From a virus (Duplodnaviria; Heunggongvirae; Uroviricota; Caudoviricetes), in IMG/VR virus record IMGVR_UViG_3300017917_003521: DNA of 64,000 nt; one strand, written 5' to 3'. A model generated the notes under the pieces. The model saw only the letters and a list, made by a program, of their open reading frames with translations, was not told the origin of the DNA and did not search any database. Both the position numbers and the translations under genes were made by a program. This document shows, in pieces, positions 52,957 to 62,604 of the stretch. Each line of letters opens with the position of its first letter. The stretch's first letter is position 1.

Positions 52957-55056
52957 TTAATTAATTTTTTCGAATTTAACATCTAGGTTTTTGTAATCAA
53001 CCCAGTAGAATCCGTCTTTAATAGACAATGAATCTTCAAACTCAGTATTTAACAATTCTTGAGCTATAACACCTCTAAATTTATTTATGTCATTTAGATA
53101 ATTCCATTCATAGATATTTATACCTAGATTGCTTTTTCCTACTTTAACTATATTTTCTTTTAATCTTATATCAGAGAAACCACCACTACCGACATTTGAA
53201 ACACCTGGTTTAGAAACTGGTGCAGACTCTTTTGTGATAGGTCTTCTTGTTACAACAGCTGTTTCTTGTGGAAGACTAGGATCTTTTATTATCGTAGGTG
53301 TTGCATTCTGAGCTGCTTCTTGATTCATACCAGCAACATTTGCTAGATTGTCATATATCTTATATAAACCAGAATAAACAACAGATCTTATTGATTGTAT
53401 TTCACTTGTTATATAGAAAACATTAACACCTGATTCGTATAATCTTTTAATATCAGGAAACTTATTTTGTGTTACTCTAAAAGCCAATTGACCTATAGAT
53501 AAATCTACACTGCCTGAATCTGTATAAAGTGGAAATTCAAATATTTTATCATCATTCTTGAAAACAAGTTTTACATCACCATAACCTGTCATATTTAAAA
53601 AATCGGGCTTATTGACATCACCATTAGCTACAGTAAATGTTAATATGTTATCAAATGGATAAAGAAGTATAGTCATCTTACCAATACCATAAAATGTTGT
53701 ATTATTAAAATTAGCATTATCTGATTTTCCAATAATGTTTAATTTATCAACAAGAACTGGAAAAGGAACTTTAACTGTCTCTATTTGAACTACTGGTGTA
53801 TTATTTAAGTTGTTGTTATTACCTGTTCCTAATACTCTACCACTTCTAGCTCTATTTGATTTAACAATAGGAATTCTACCCATTGAGTTAGAAACACCAA
53901 CTAATGAAGGATCTATATTTGATTTTATATTATAGATTTTAGGTTTATTAGCATTGTTTAGATTAATCTTAGTTAGATTAAGAGCATATTTAGAAACTTC
54001 ATCTTGTAACATACCATAAGAAGCTCTTCTTATTATATAAGAGTCATCAACTGCATCTATTAATCTCATTTCAACATCAACAATAGCAGTTGTTGTAGAA
54101 TATTTAATAATTGGTCTGTATTCTATTGTCTCATTAAAATTATCATTTTGAGTTACAGTAGTTGTCTTACCTCTGATATTTTGCTCATACATTGTTATAT
54201 TATATTGAACATAATATCTGTGTCCTATATTAAAAGATTCATCCATAAATTGATTAAATCCAGCTATAGTTCCATTATAAGTTCCGTATATTTCAAAGAA
54301 GTCACCATTAGGTGAATGTTGAACAACTAGTCCTAGTTTTTCAAATTCAGGTGTTTGAGGTACAGTAGTTGTAATCTTTGATGAAAGTATGTAACTAGTT
54401 ACACCATTTACTGTTTGTATGTTATCTATAAAGTGAAAATCTATAAAAACAGGAGATGTTATATTTAAACCTGAACCATTTGTAAGATTAGCATTTATAC
54501 TATTCTCTCTTGGTAGATTACCATTTTTCTGGTTTGCTATATCACTTACAGCGGGTACTTGTATAGTTATGTTCTTACCCCAAAGTTTTTCTTGAAAAAG
54601 AAGAGGTGGACTTGTGAAACCTAAAAGATATTGTTGACTAACATCAGTCATATCAAAATAAAAATTAGCCAAGTCAAAAACTCTTTGATTTGATACATCA
54701 AATGCGTAAACTCTTAAATAAAAACCAAGGTGCTCACCAAAAGTCCAGTTTATTGGTATATGAACTTTTAAGGTATCATGTCTTGTTGGATTACCAGAAG
54801 CATATTCTTTTACTTGTAGAAACGAGTAAAAAGAAGGATTTACTTTTGCATATTTTTGAGTTACTGTATCAACTTTGAATAGTTGATTACCAAGTGTATT
54901 TCCTGTAACTGATGAAGAGCCTGCTATATATGCTTGTCTTCTATCTCTTGAATCAACTAATATATCATACTGCTCACTAATTAAGTTACCGTCATCATAT
55001 ATGTATTCAAGTAATACATCCTTATTTAGTTTTACATACTTGGAAATTTTCGCCAT
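52957..55056 (-). CDS. Virion structural protein with C-terminal Peptidase-S74-like chaperone domain
   Basis: FSDIRLKENI...IYEWNY...FRGVIAQEL...VDY. Confidence 0.7.
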   Translation of the reverse strand: MAKISKYVKLNKDVLLEYIYDDGNLISEQYDILVDSRDRRQAYIAGSSSVTGNTLGNQLFKVDTVTQKYAKVNPSFYSFLQVKEYASGNPTRHDTLKVHIPINWTFGEHLGFYLRVYAFDVSNQRVFDLANFYFDMTDVSQQYLLGFTSPPLLFQEKLWGKNITIQVPAVSDIANQKNGNLPRENSINANLTNGSGLNITSPVFIDFHFIDNIQTVNGVTSYILSSKITTTVPQTPEFEKLGLVVQHSPNGDFFEIYGTYNGTIAGFNQFMDESFNIGHRYYVQYNITMYEQNIRGKTTTVTQNDNFNETIEYRPIIKYSTTTAIVDVEMRLIDAVDDSYIIRRASYGMLQDEVSKYALNLTKINLNNANKPKIYNIKSNIDPSLVGVSNSMGRIPIVKSNRARSGRVLGTGNNNNLNNTPVVQIETVKVPFPVLVDKLNIIGKSDNANFNNTTFYGIGKMTILLYPFDNILTFTVANGDVNKPDFLNMTGYGDVKLVFKNDDKIFEFPLYTDSGSVDLSIGQLAFRVTQNKFPDIKRLYESGVNVFYITSEIQSIRSVVYSGLYKIYDNLANVAGMNQEAAQNATPTIIKDPSLPQETAVVTRRPITKESAPVSKPGVSNVGSGGFSDIRLKENIVKVGKSNLGINIYEWNYLNDINKFRGVIAQELLNTEFEDSLSIKDGFYWVDYKNLDVKFEKIN

Positions 55057-55106
55057 TTAGATAGATTATCTTTTGATTTATATATTAAAAAAGAAAACCT
55101 TTCTTA

Positions 55107-55514
55107 TTAAGAAAGGCCCTCTTTTATTAATCTATCTCTAACGGAGTTTACTATTTGGTCTTCGGTTAGATTTGAATGAGACTCTACTATTTGTCTGTAA
55201 AGCTCTTGTTCTTCTTTTGCCAATTTTTCCATATCAAGGTTTATAGGCTCTATTAACTTTTCTAATCTTTTACCTTCTTCTTCTACTTCATCAATTATTT
55301 TTAATAATTTTTGAAATATTTCTTTTTCACTTAAACTTGTCTTTGAATTAGTAGAGTCAATATCTTCTTTAAACTTTTCTAATTTTTTGACAGTCTCATC
55401 TAGTCTATCTGAAACTTGTAATGCTCTAGATTTATATAAATCTAAACTATTAATTAATTTAAAGTATGTTCTTCTTATTGTAATAGCTTTTTGTAAAAAT
55501 CTTTCATCTATCAT
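55107..55514 (-). CDS. Coiled-coil hypothetical protein
   Basis: ORF track. Confidence 0.6.
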   Translation of the reverse strand: MIDERFLQKAITIRRTYFKLINSLDLYKSRALQVSDRLDETVKKLEKFKEDIDSTNSKTSLSEKEIFQKLLKIIDEVEEEGKRLEKLIEPINLDMEKLAKEEQELYRQIVESHSNLTEDQIVNSVRDRLIKEGLS

Positions 55515-56437
55515 TTTTCAGTAGATTCTTTTTTAACTCTAGGTTTTCTAGTAGTAGTTTTTTTAGGAAGGTCTTTTGATAAAACAGGTTCTTTCTCTAA
55601 AGTAAGAGGTTCATGTTTTTCAACTTTCTCATTATGTAGCTGGGTAACAGAATCTGTTATTTGTGGATTAACAGGTTGATTAACTTCAACACCATAAACA
55701 ACTTCTTTAATCTTTTGTCTAATCATGTCCTCAATCATTTGAGGATTTCTTAAAAGATTATCAGTAAACTCTGCCGCCAAAAAATCAATGATACTTGTAT
55801 TATAAGAATCTTCCATCATTTCAATAAAATCCGGTCTAGGAATTTTATTTTTAATTTCAAGAGATATTGAAAAATCTTTAGATCTTTTAACATTCTTAAA
55901 CATTGTGATGATTGGATCTTCAACAACTTGATGTTGAACTATTGGTCTTTGTTCTTGAACTTGAGTTGTCTCACGATTAACTTGTATTGTCTGAACAGGT
56001 TCTTCTGATTCAGGATTTAACAATTTATTAAATGCTTGATTTTGTCTCTCAATATCATCTTGTGGATTGACAACGCCATACTTTCTAGCTAATTCAGCTC
56101 TTTCATCTTCTTCAGAAACTTGAATAATAGCACTCTCATTAATTTGAGGTCTAAATTGACTATTACCATCAACATTGACCATTATCTCAGCACCTGGCTC
56201 GTCTTTTATTTGATCTACAGGAATATTTTTAATCTTTTCAGCTAAAACATTGTAAGCACCTTGAGTGTTAAAAAAATTTGAAACATCAATTTGTTCAGTA
56301 TACAAATCAGGGTTTAAAAGGTTTGAAACTTTCTCTTTACCTTTATTTTCAAGAATAGCAATATCTTCAAATGCGTCGATAACTCTTATCATCTCACCTG
56401 TTCTGTTATTCTTATATGTTTTATTGCTAATACTCAT
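55511..56437 (-). CDS. Hypothetical protein
   Basis: ORF track. Confidence 0.6.
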   Translation of the reverse strand: MSISNKTYKNNRTGEMIRVIDAFEDIAILENKGKEKVSNLLNPDLYTEQIDVSNFFNTQGAYNVLAEKIKNIPVDQIKDEPGAEIMVNVDGNSQFRPQINESAIIQVSEEDERAELARKYGVVNPQDDIERQNQAFNKLLNPESEEPVQTIQVNRETTQVQEQRPIVQHQVVEDPIITMFKNVKRSKDFSISLEIKNKIPRPDFIEMMEDSYNTSIIDFLAAEFTDNLLRNPQMIEDMIRQKIKEVVYGVEVNQPVNPQITDSVTQLHNEKVEKHEPLTLEKEPVLSKDLPKKTTTRKPRVKKESTEK

Positions 56438-56508
56438 ATTTTTAATTTTTCTTTTTAAATTAAGAATAAGGGACTATCATTTGATAATCCCTTTATCCTT
56501 AATAATTT

Positions 56509-57477
56509 TTAAAGGTCATTGAAAAAATCATCTTCGTCTTCAGTAGCAGAAGCAGTTGTTGCTGGGCTACCAGAGAAGTTATCTTCAAAGTCAAAGTCAT
56601 CAGAAGATGGTTTTGATTCTGGTTTATTTGAGAACGAAGAAGAAGCTTTACCAGTTAAGAAGTTTGAAATCTCAGTGATTTTAGCTTGTTGCTCTTCACT
56701 TAAACGCTTAGCAGCAAATTCTTCTAAGTCGTGTTCACGATCCATTAAGAAGTCTTTAATCTTACCTTGTACAGAAGCATCAATTTGACCATCTGAATTC
56801 AAAGGAGCGTTTTTGAAAGCGCCTTTTTCTTTGAAGTAAATAGGAAGTGATGTAGCTTCTGGTTTGAACATACTCATTTTGTAATCAGGGTAAGTTTCAT
56901 CACCAGTTTGGATTTCTTTTACTACAAGTACGAAATCTTTACCAGCTTTCAAGTCGAATACGTTACAAGATACACCAGAGATTTCTCCATTCTTTTCAGC
57001 TTGAATCTTATCTTTGATAGTCTTACCGTATTGGAAAATCATAATCTTACCAACTAATTCAGGTTGTTGTTCGTCTTCAATAACCAATACATAAGAATAG
57101 TATTTCTTAGAGTATTTTAATTGTTTTGATTTTTCAATTAAGATTGCATTTTTTGAATTCTGCATTGTGTAGTATAAGTCAGTCAAAGGACACTTCTCAT
57201 TGAAGTTCTTTGGACTATCAAACCAACCAGAAAGTTCTTTTGGATTTTTGATATCAACATAGTGAGTAATTTTTTCAATTGCTGACTGTCCAACTTTACC
57301 ATCTTTGGTTAAGTTCGGAAGGAATCTTACTACTGATCTCCATCCTTTCTTTTTGTCTTTACATTTTGCAAGATCTACACGGTAAATACCGTCATTACTT
57401 GTGCTTGATTTTTGGTCGTTAAGGAAGTCCATCTTGCTGTCTAAACCGCCATTAAATAAATCATCTAATTCTGCCAT
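56509..57477 (-). CDS. Single-stranded DNA-binding protein (T4 gp32-like)
   Basis: VRFLPN, CPL..LY, KYYSYVLVIED, IFQYGKTI, VFDL..GKDF, acidic C-terminal tail. Confidence 0.85.
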   Translation of the reverse strand: MAELDDLFNGGLDSKMDFLNDQKSSTSNDGIYRVDLAKCKDKKKGWRSVVRFLPNLTKDGKVGQSAIEKITHYVDIKNPKELSGWFDSPKNFNEKCPLTDLYYTMQNSKNAILIEKSKQLKYSKKYYSYVLVIEDEQQPELVGKIMIFQYGKTIKDKIQAEKNGEISGVSCNVFDLKAGKDFVLVVKEIQTGDETYPDYKMSMFKPEATSLPIYFKEKGAFKNAPLNSDGQIDASVQGKIKDFLMDREHDLEEFAAKRLSEEQQAKITEISNFLTGKASSSFSNKPESKPSSDDFDFEDNFSGSPATTASATEDEDDFFNDL

Positions 57478-57637
57478 AATTGCTTTTTATTTTTTATTAT
57501 ATCAAATACTTTGTGTATCTGATTATTAATTATATTGTGGGATTAAAAAAAGTTTTAAGAATATTTGTTTGTTTAGATTGAATTAATTATATTCTTTGAA
57601 ATTTGAAAAAATTCCACACTTTTATAGAAAAAAATTA

Positions 57638-58531
57638 TTAGAAGTTCAATAAAATCTTTATTGAATAGTCATAAATGTCATTATTAGTAAATAATCTATC
57701 ACCTCTTGAGTGATCAAAAATAACTTCTTCATAGTCAAGAGATGGTAAAATAGACTCTAAAGTTTCATCAATATGTGATTCTAATTCAATAAGATCCATT
57801 TTACCTGTTCTGATAGAATCAGAATGACCACCAATTTCTATATCAACACAAGGTCTATACATATCAAGTATTTTATCAATTGAGTATTTCTCTTTTTTTG
57901 ATATATCACTTTGAGTTATAAGAATTGATTTGCCAGACTCACCTTCGAACCTAGCACCTGATTTAATACCAAACTCTTCATAATCTTTGATATTGAAATT
58001 CTGACATTGCCATTTTGGTTCAGTTACATAATAACTCTCATCACTTTGTCTCAAAAAATAACTGGGATAACTACCAATTCTGAAAGTAGGAAAAACTATC
58101 TCTTTTATAATATGAATTATTATTCTTAATCTATCTCTATCATCCATTTTAACAACTGAAATCAAACCGTTATATCTATTTTTGTTTGGATTATCGTATC
58201 TATCCACATCACCATAAGCAATACAACGAATAACATATTTATCTTTACCTGAAGGTATTTGATCATAAACATCATACATTCTTAAATGTATTTCTTCAGT
58301 ATCTACCTTTCTAATAGCGTCAAACATTCTATCAACCAATGACTCAATCTTTTCAAACCAACCTTCACCAATAAAATGGTCAGACCATTTCTTAATAGAA
58401 GATGGTGTTACTGATTGGCTTTTAGACCAATTAGGACTATTCCATTCCCAAGATTTTAGGTCTTCTATCCAATCATGAATACCATATTTTTGAGATGACT
58501 CAAATGTTTTATACTTACTTATGTATTTCAT
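57638..58531 (-). CDS. Hypothetical protein (MKYISKYKTFES)
   Basis: ORF track. Confidence 0.6.
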   Translation of the reverse strand: MKYISKYKTFESSQKYGIHDWIEDLKSWEWNSPNWSKSQSVTPSSIKKWSDHFIGEGWFEKIESLVDRMFDAIRKVDTEEIHLRMYDVYDQIPSGKDKYVIRCIAYGDVDRYDNPNKNRYNGLISVVKMDDRDRLRIIIHIIKEIVFPTFRIGSYPSYFLRQSDESYYVTEPKWQCQNFNIKDYEEFGIKSGARFEGESGKSILITQSDISKKEKYSIDKILDMYRPCVDIEIGGHSDSIRTGKMDLIELESHIDETLESILPSLDYEEVIFDHSRGDRLFTNNDIYDYSIKILLNF

Positions 58532-59859
58532 TACTTACTTGCTTTGATGACTTTAATTCTTTCTAGTTGATACTTCATAATATCAACCTCTTGATTCTGT
58601 TTTAAGAAGTCAACTATCTTTTGATACATTTGAATTGTAATTCTACAATCTGTTAAGGCATCATGATAGTTTGTCATATTTATTCCAAGAGCTGGCCCTA
58701 CTTTAGACATAGATGAAGATATCAAGCCACCATCTCTTTCTGACTTACCAATAAAGTTTACCATATCTTGATACTTAGAATCTGTCTCAGCTAATGCTTG
58801 TAAAAGAGGTAAGTAATATAATTGAATTAACATCTTAGTATCAAATACTTCATTATTAATTTTGTGACCATATCTACCAGATAACATAGCCATATCAAAG
58901 CCAGCATTTTGTGCTATGTATAAACAAGGTTCATAATTACTAATCCAATCAAAGAATTGGTCTAATATTTCTTGTTCATTTTTATATTTGAATTTACCAG
59001 AACCATAATGATTGAATCCTAATACCCATTTAGTTTTATCACTAGGGTCTTTAAATTTAGATTTAGTTTCATCTGTTAATTTAATTTTCTCATCAAACAA
59101 TCCTAATTCTTTGAATGTGTTTGAGTTAAAGTTATAATCAGTTGCTAAACAAGAAACTTGTGTTAATTGTTGTTTCTTAGGACCACCTAATCCAGTCGTT
59201 TCAGTATCTATCCACAACCAAGGCATATTTGATTTAGATTCTAACCATTCTAATATTTGTGGAATTGTTTTATACCACATCTTATTTTCGTTTAGTGATT
59301 CAATAATGCCTTTATTATAATCAAATTCAGTTTTTGAACCATCAGCCATTGAATAAGTTATCTTGTTAACATTTTTAACCTCATACTTATAATCTGGCTT
59401 AACATATTTTTTACCCGTTCCTTTTTTAACATAAGCTATTGTAATATGTGGTTTGTAATCAGGAAATTGGTCTGAGTTAGGAAATTTAGATAACTCATCA
59501 TGTAAATGTTGTAAAGCACCATCTGGTATTACATTAAATTTAACAACATCAAATTTATCGTTTTTTTCAAATATACCAACACCATCTACTTTAATATTAA
59601 TATCATCAGAATAGTTTTCAAATACAGATTTAACCATTTCAGGTGTTACATCATCATGTAAACCATATAATATAGTAACGTGCGGATTTTCTTGAATTCC
59701 CTTAGGATCGTCATTTTCATCACCGTAAAATATATCTTCAGGATCAATAGATGATGTTATCTCATTCCAGTTACTAACAGGAATCTCAACCATTACACAG
59801 CCATATTTATGACCGTTAATTGATTCTTTTAAAAATTGTATGTAGTTTTTAATTATCAT
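58531..59859 (-). CDS. 2H phosphoesterase (Acb1/LigT-like) fused to DEDDh 3'-5' exonuclease
   Basis: PHVTILYG and KPHITIAY; WIDTETTG, AQNAGFD, YHDALTD. Confidence 0.85.
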   Translation of the reverse strand: MIIKNYIQFLKESINGHKYGCVMVEIPVSNWNEITSSIDPEDIFYGDENDDPKGIQENPHVTILYGLHDDVTPEMVKSVFENYSDDINIKVDGVGIFEKNDKFDVVKFNVIPDGALQHLHDELSKFPNSDQFPDYKPHITIAYVKKGTGKKYVKPDYKYEVKNVNKITYSMADGSKTEFDYNKGIIESLNENKMWYKTIPQILEWLESKSNMPWLWIDTETTGLGGPKKQQLTQVSCLATDYNFNSNTFKELGLFDEKIKLTDETKSKFKDPSDKTKWVLGFNHYGSGKFKYKNEQEILDQFFDWISNYEPCLYIAQNAGFDMAMLSGRYGHKINNEVFDTKMLIQLYYLPLLQALAETDSKYQDMVNFIGKSERDGGLISSSMSKVGPALGINMTNYHDALTDCRITIQMYQKIVDFLKQNQEVDIMKYQLERIKVIKASK

Positions 59860-60752
59860 ATTCTACCTTGTATTATTATCCTTTTTTCACCACCTAAGTT
59901 ATTATATGAGAATTTGAAATCAAGTCCTGTTTCTTCTTGTAATCTTTTTAAGGCAATCATAAAATCTTGAAATTCTTCATTTTCTTCTCCACTTTTATCT
60001 TCCCAAGAAATTTCACCGTTAGAATCCATTGAACCTGTAAACTCAAATCTTTTTTTGTTTGTGTGAATATATTCATCTTCTCTTTCCTTCATTATATACT
60101 TGAAGTGAGGCATTGGATGATATGATAAACGATCAACCGAATAACCTTCAGACCAATACCAATCATTATCTTCAAACTCTTGAAAACAATCTTTTACTGA
60201 GTCAAGAACTTGTTGATAGATTTGTTGTTCCATATCAACACTTTCAAATGTCTTAATTTTATATTTGGGGTTCTTAGCCCATATTTCCCAGTTACCATCT
60301 TCAGAAGCATTAAAATAAACTTCTTCTGCTGATACTATTTCTTTTTTATCTTCATCTTCAATCTCATGAAAATAAGCAACATCAAAAGGATTGTAAGTTA
60401 TCTTAACCATTTCACTAGTATCACTATTAGTTGGAACAACAACACCAGAAACACCGGCAATTAATATTCTTTTATCACTTTGTTTAATTGTTTCAGCACC
60501 TGATTCGGATGTTTGAAAGAAAATAGGTTCTGATAAACGAACTTCATTTGTGTATTTACCAGCTAAACCAGCTTTTCTACCAGATGGACTTGTATCATAA
60601 ATACCTATCATTCCATTCCAACCATTATTACGATGAGTTCTATTTGTGTGAAACCAAAGTTTCTGACCAACTAAGTCGTTAGCGTCAATATATCCCTCAA
60701 GATCTTTTCTTGAGTTATAATAAACTTCTTCATATTTTTTAAGATACTTCAT
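59856..60752 (-). CDS. Hypothetical protein (MKYLKKYEE), internal repeat of the motif (KIKTFES)
   Basis: ORF track. Confidence 0.6.
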   Translation of the reverse strand: MKYLKKYEEVYYNSRKDLEGYIDANDLVGQKLWFHTNRTHRNNGWNGMIGIYDTSPSGRKAGLAGKYTNEVRLSEPIFFQTSESGAETIKQSDKRILIAGVSGVVVPTNSDTSEMVKITYNPFDVAYFHEIEDEDKKEIVSAEEVYFNASEDGNWEIWAKNPKYKIKTFESVDMEQQIYQQVLDSVKDCFQEFEDNDWYWSEGYSVDRLSYHPMPHFKYIMKEREDEYIHTNKKRFEFTGSMDSNGEISWEDKSGEENEEFQDFMIALKRLQEETGLDFKFSYNNLGGEKRIIIQGRI

Positions 60753-60812
60753 AAAGTATATATTTTATTTTACTATCATAAAATAAAAAAGAGACCAATT
60801 GGTCTCTTTTTT

Positions 60813-61100
60813 TTATTCTTCTCTATGAATTAATTTAATTTCATCTTCCCAACCTTCTGGTAGTTCTTCCTCTTCTTCTACATCAAAGTCAAAGTCCATT
60901 CCAACTAGATAACTCATTACTGAACTTATCATAATATCATCAGCGCCTCTTTCTTTCATATAAGCTTCAAAGTCTTCTACTGTGAAGTAACCTTTTTCAG
61001 ATTTTAATTTTTGCATTTCCGGTAATATACTTATAGCTATATCTTCATGTATATCAGAATCTATTTTACCATATGCTTCAAATGTTTTTAAGTATTTCAT
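60813..61100 (-). CDS. Acidic hypothetical protein (MKYLKTFEAY)
   Basis: ORF track. Confidence 0.6.
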   Translation of the reverse strand: MKYLKTFEAYGKIDSDIHEDIAISILPEMQKLKSEKGYFTVEDFEAYMKERGADDIMISSVMSYLVGMDFDFDVEEEEELPEGWEDEIKLIHREE

Positions 61101-61115
61101 AAATGTTAATTATTT

Positions 61116-61601
61116 TTATAGACCAAAGAAACTGTGGTCATCAGAATCAGAGTTTTCTCTCATATGTTTTATTTCAGCATCTGTTAGATTGTGAATAGCC
61201 CACTTAGCACCGTTTATAAAAGCGGCATTTTTAGTCATAGTCCCAAAAGCTTTAAGACTATAAGCAGCATCTTGAATTTTAGATTCAATATCTTCTATAT
61301 TTAAAGTAGGTGTTTCTTCAGTCTCCATAGCTTCTTCGTCTCTTAAAGTTTCATCTAAGATAATTTGCAAGAAGTTATTAGGGTCAGATATACGACCACT
61401 ATTAATTACTTGTTGAAGTTCTTCTGATGTAAAAGTCATCTCATTACATAAGTCGCCTAATTCAGAAAGAATATCACTGTTAGAAGGTTGGTCACCTTCT
61501 TCTAATTCACTTTCATCGTAGTTGATAATAGTATTAGCAAGCTTTATAAACTCTTCAATTCTATCAAGTGATGTCTCGTTAAATTTCTTTAAGTATTTCA
61601 T
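61116..61601 (-). CDS. Acidic hypothetical protein (MKYLKKFNE)
   Basis: ORF track. Confidence 0.6.
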   Translation of the reverse strand: MKYLKKFNETSLDRIEEFIKLANTIINYDESELEEGDQPSNSDILSELGDLCNEMTFTSEELQQVINSGRISDPNNFLQIILDETLRDEEAMETEETPTLNIEDIESKIQDAAYSLKAFGTMTKNAAFINGAKWAIHNLTDAEIKHMRENSDSDDHSFFGL

Positions 61602-61603
61602 AG

Positions 61604-62128
61604 TTATTTCTTCTTTTTACCTTCACCAGAAAATGGACTTAATAAATGTTTTAAGTTCCAAGATGGTATGAATTTTTTATTATGCTTTTCAAAATCTTCA
61701 TATGACTCAATACCTGAGTCAACAGGGTTTTGTATGTATTGTATATTAGCGCCTTGTTTGTTCATATCAGAAACTCGGTCTCCTATATCAACACCTTTAG
61801 TCATCTTTCTAAGTTTATTCCATTGATCAACAGTTTGTTGTCTTGGTAATGATTCATTTGTAGGATTCCCTAAAACAACCTCAATAGTTCCATCTTCATT
61901 GAATTGAGCGAACCAAGGACTATTAGCAATTTCAATAGTTTGACCAACTAATTCTTCATTGATATCTTCTGGTCCGAACGGCTTAACTGTTTTAACACCA
62001 GATTCGTCTATAACAAAATGAAACTCATCACCCTTATTTTTATCAATAAGACCTTTGATTCTACCAGCTACAGTTATGAATTCTGTAGTGCCGCCAAATG
62101 GTTTTAATCTTGCTCTAATAATTTTCAT
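61604..62128 (-). CDS. Hypothetical protein (likely start MKIIRARL)
   Basis: TTAATATATA motif 5 nt upstream of this ATG. Confidence 0.6.
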   Translation of the reverse strand: MKIIRARLKPFGGTTEFITVAGRIKGLIDKNKGDEFHFVIDESGVKTVKPFGPEDINEELVGQTIEIANSPWFAQFNEDGTIEVVLGNPTNESLPRQQTVDQWNKLRKMTKGVDIGDRVSDMNKQGANIQYIQNPVDSGIESYEDFEKHNKKFIPSWNLKHLLSPFSGEGKKKK

Positions 62129-62154
62129 AAGGTATATATTAAATAAAAAAACCA

Positions 62155-62604
62155 CTAATTAATAGTGGTTTTATAATTTTGTATGAAATCGCTGCATATT
62201 CCTTTACACTCACTTATATCATCATCATATATTTCAGGCATAACAGATATGCTATTTTTCACTGGTTGTTTTCCCGGATATACCCAAATATACTTTTTAG
62301 ATGTTATCGTTAAAGTATCTTCTTGGTGCCAAAAAAAATTAATATCATATCCACAATCACTGAAATATGATATAGCTTCTACATTTTTACAGTGAACCCA
62401 TAACTTTGATAATCTATCTCTAAACCATCTAAAGTCCACACCATAATTTGGCTTATCATGTCCAAGATATAAAAAACCATCTACAAACCAAACATCAACC
62501 TCTACATCATAACCATCTTTAATGGCTTTATCAATATAAGTTGGTTCATTCTCCCAAGATTCAAGACGACCATTTATGTTTCCTCTATGTGATATTAATA
62601 TCAT
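62155..62604 (-). CDS. Glycerophosphodiester-phosphodiesterase-like protein
   Basis: LISHRGN, GYDVEVDVW, LYLGHD, WVHCKN. Confidence 0.75.
   Translation of the reverse strand: MILISHRGNINGRLESWENEPTYIDKAIKDGYDVEVDVWFVDGFLYLGHDKPNYGVDFRWFRDRLSKLWVHCKNVEAISYFSDCGYDINFFWHQEDTLTITSKKYIWVYPGKQPVKNSISVMPEIYDDDISECKGICSDFIQNYKTTIN

Noticed and set aside
1441-62395. Short antisense or nested ORFs inside long genes (e.g. 1441, 3018, 13856, 18244, 37963, 45933, 53129, 56519, 62183)
   Set aside because: No motifs, no initiation context; fully overlapped by better-supported genes.
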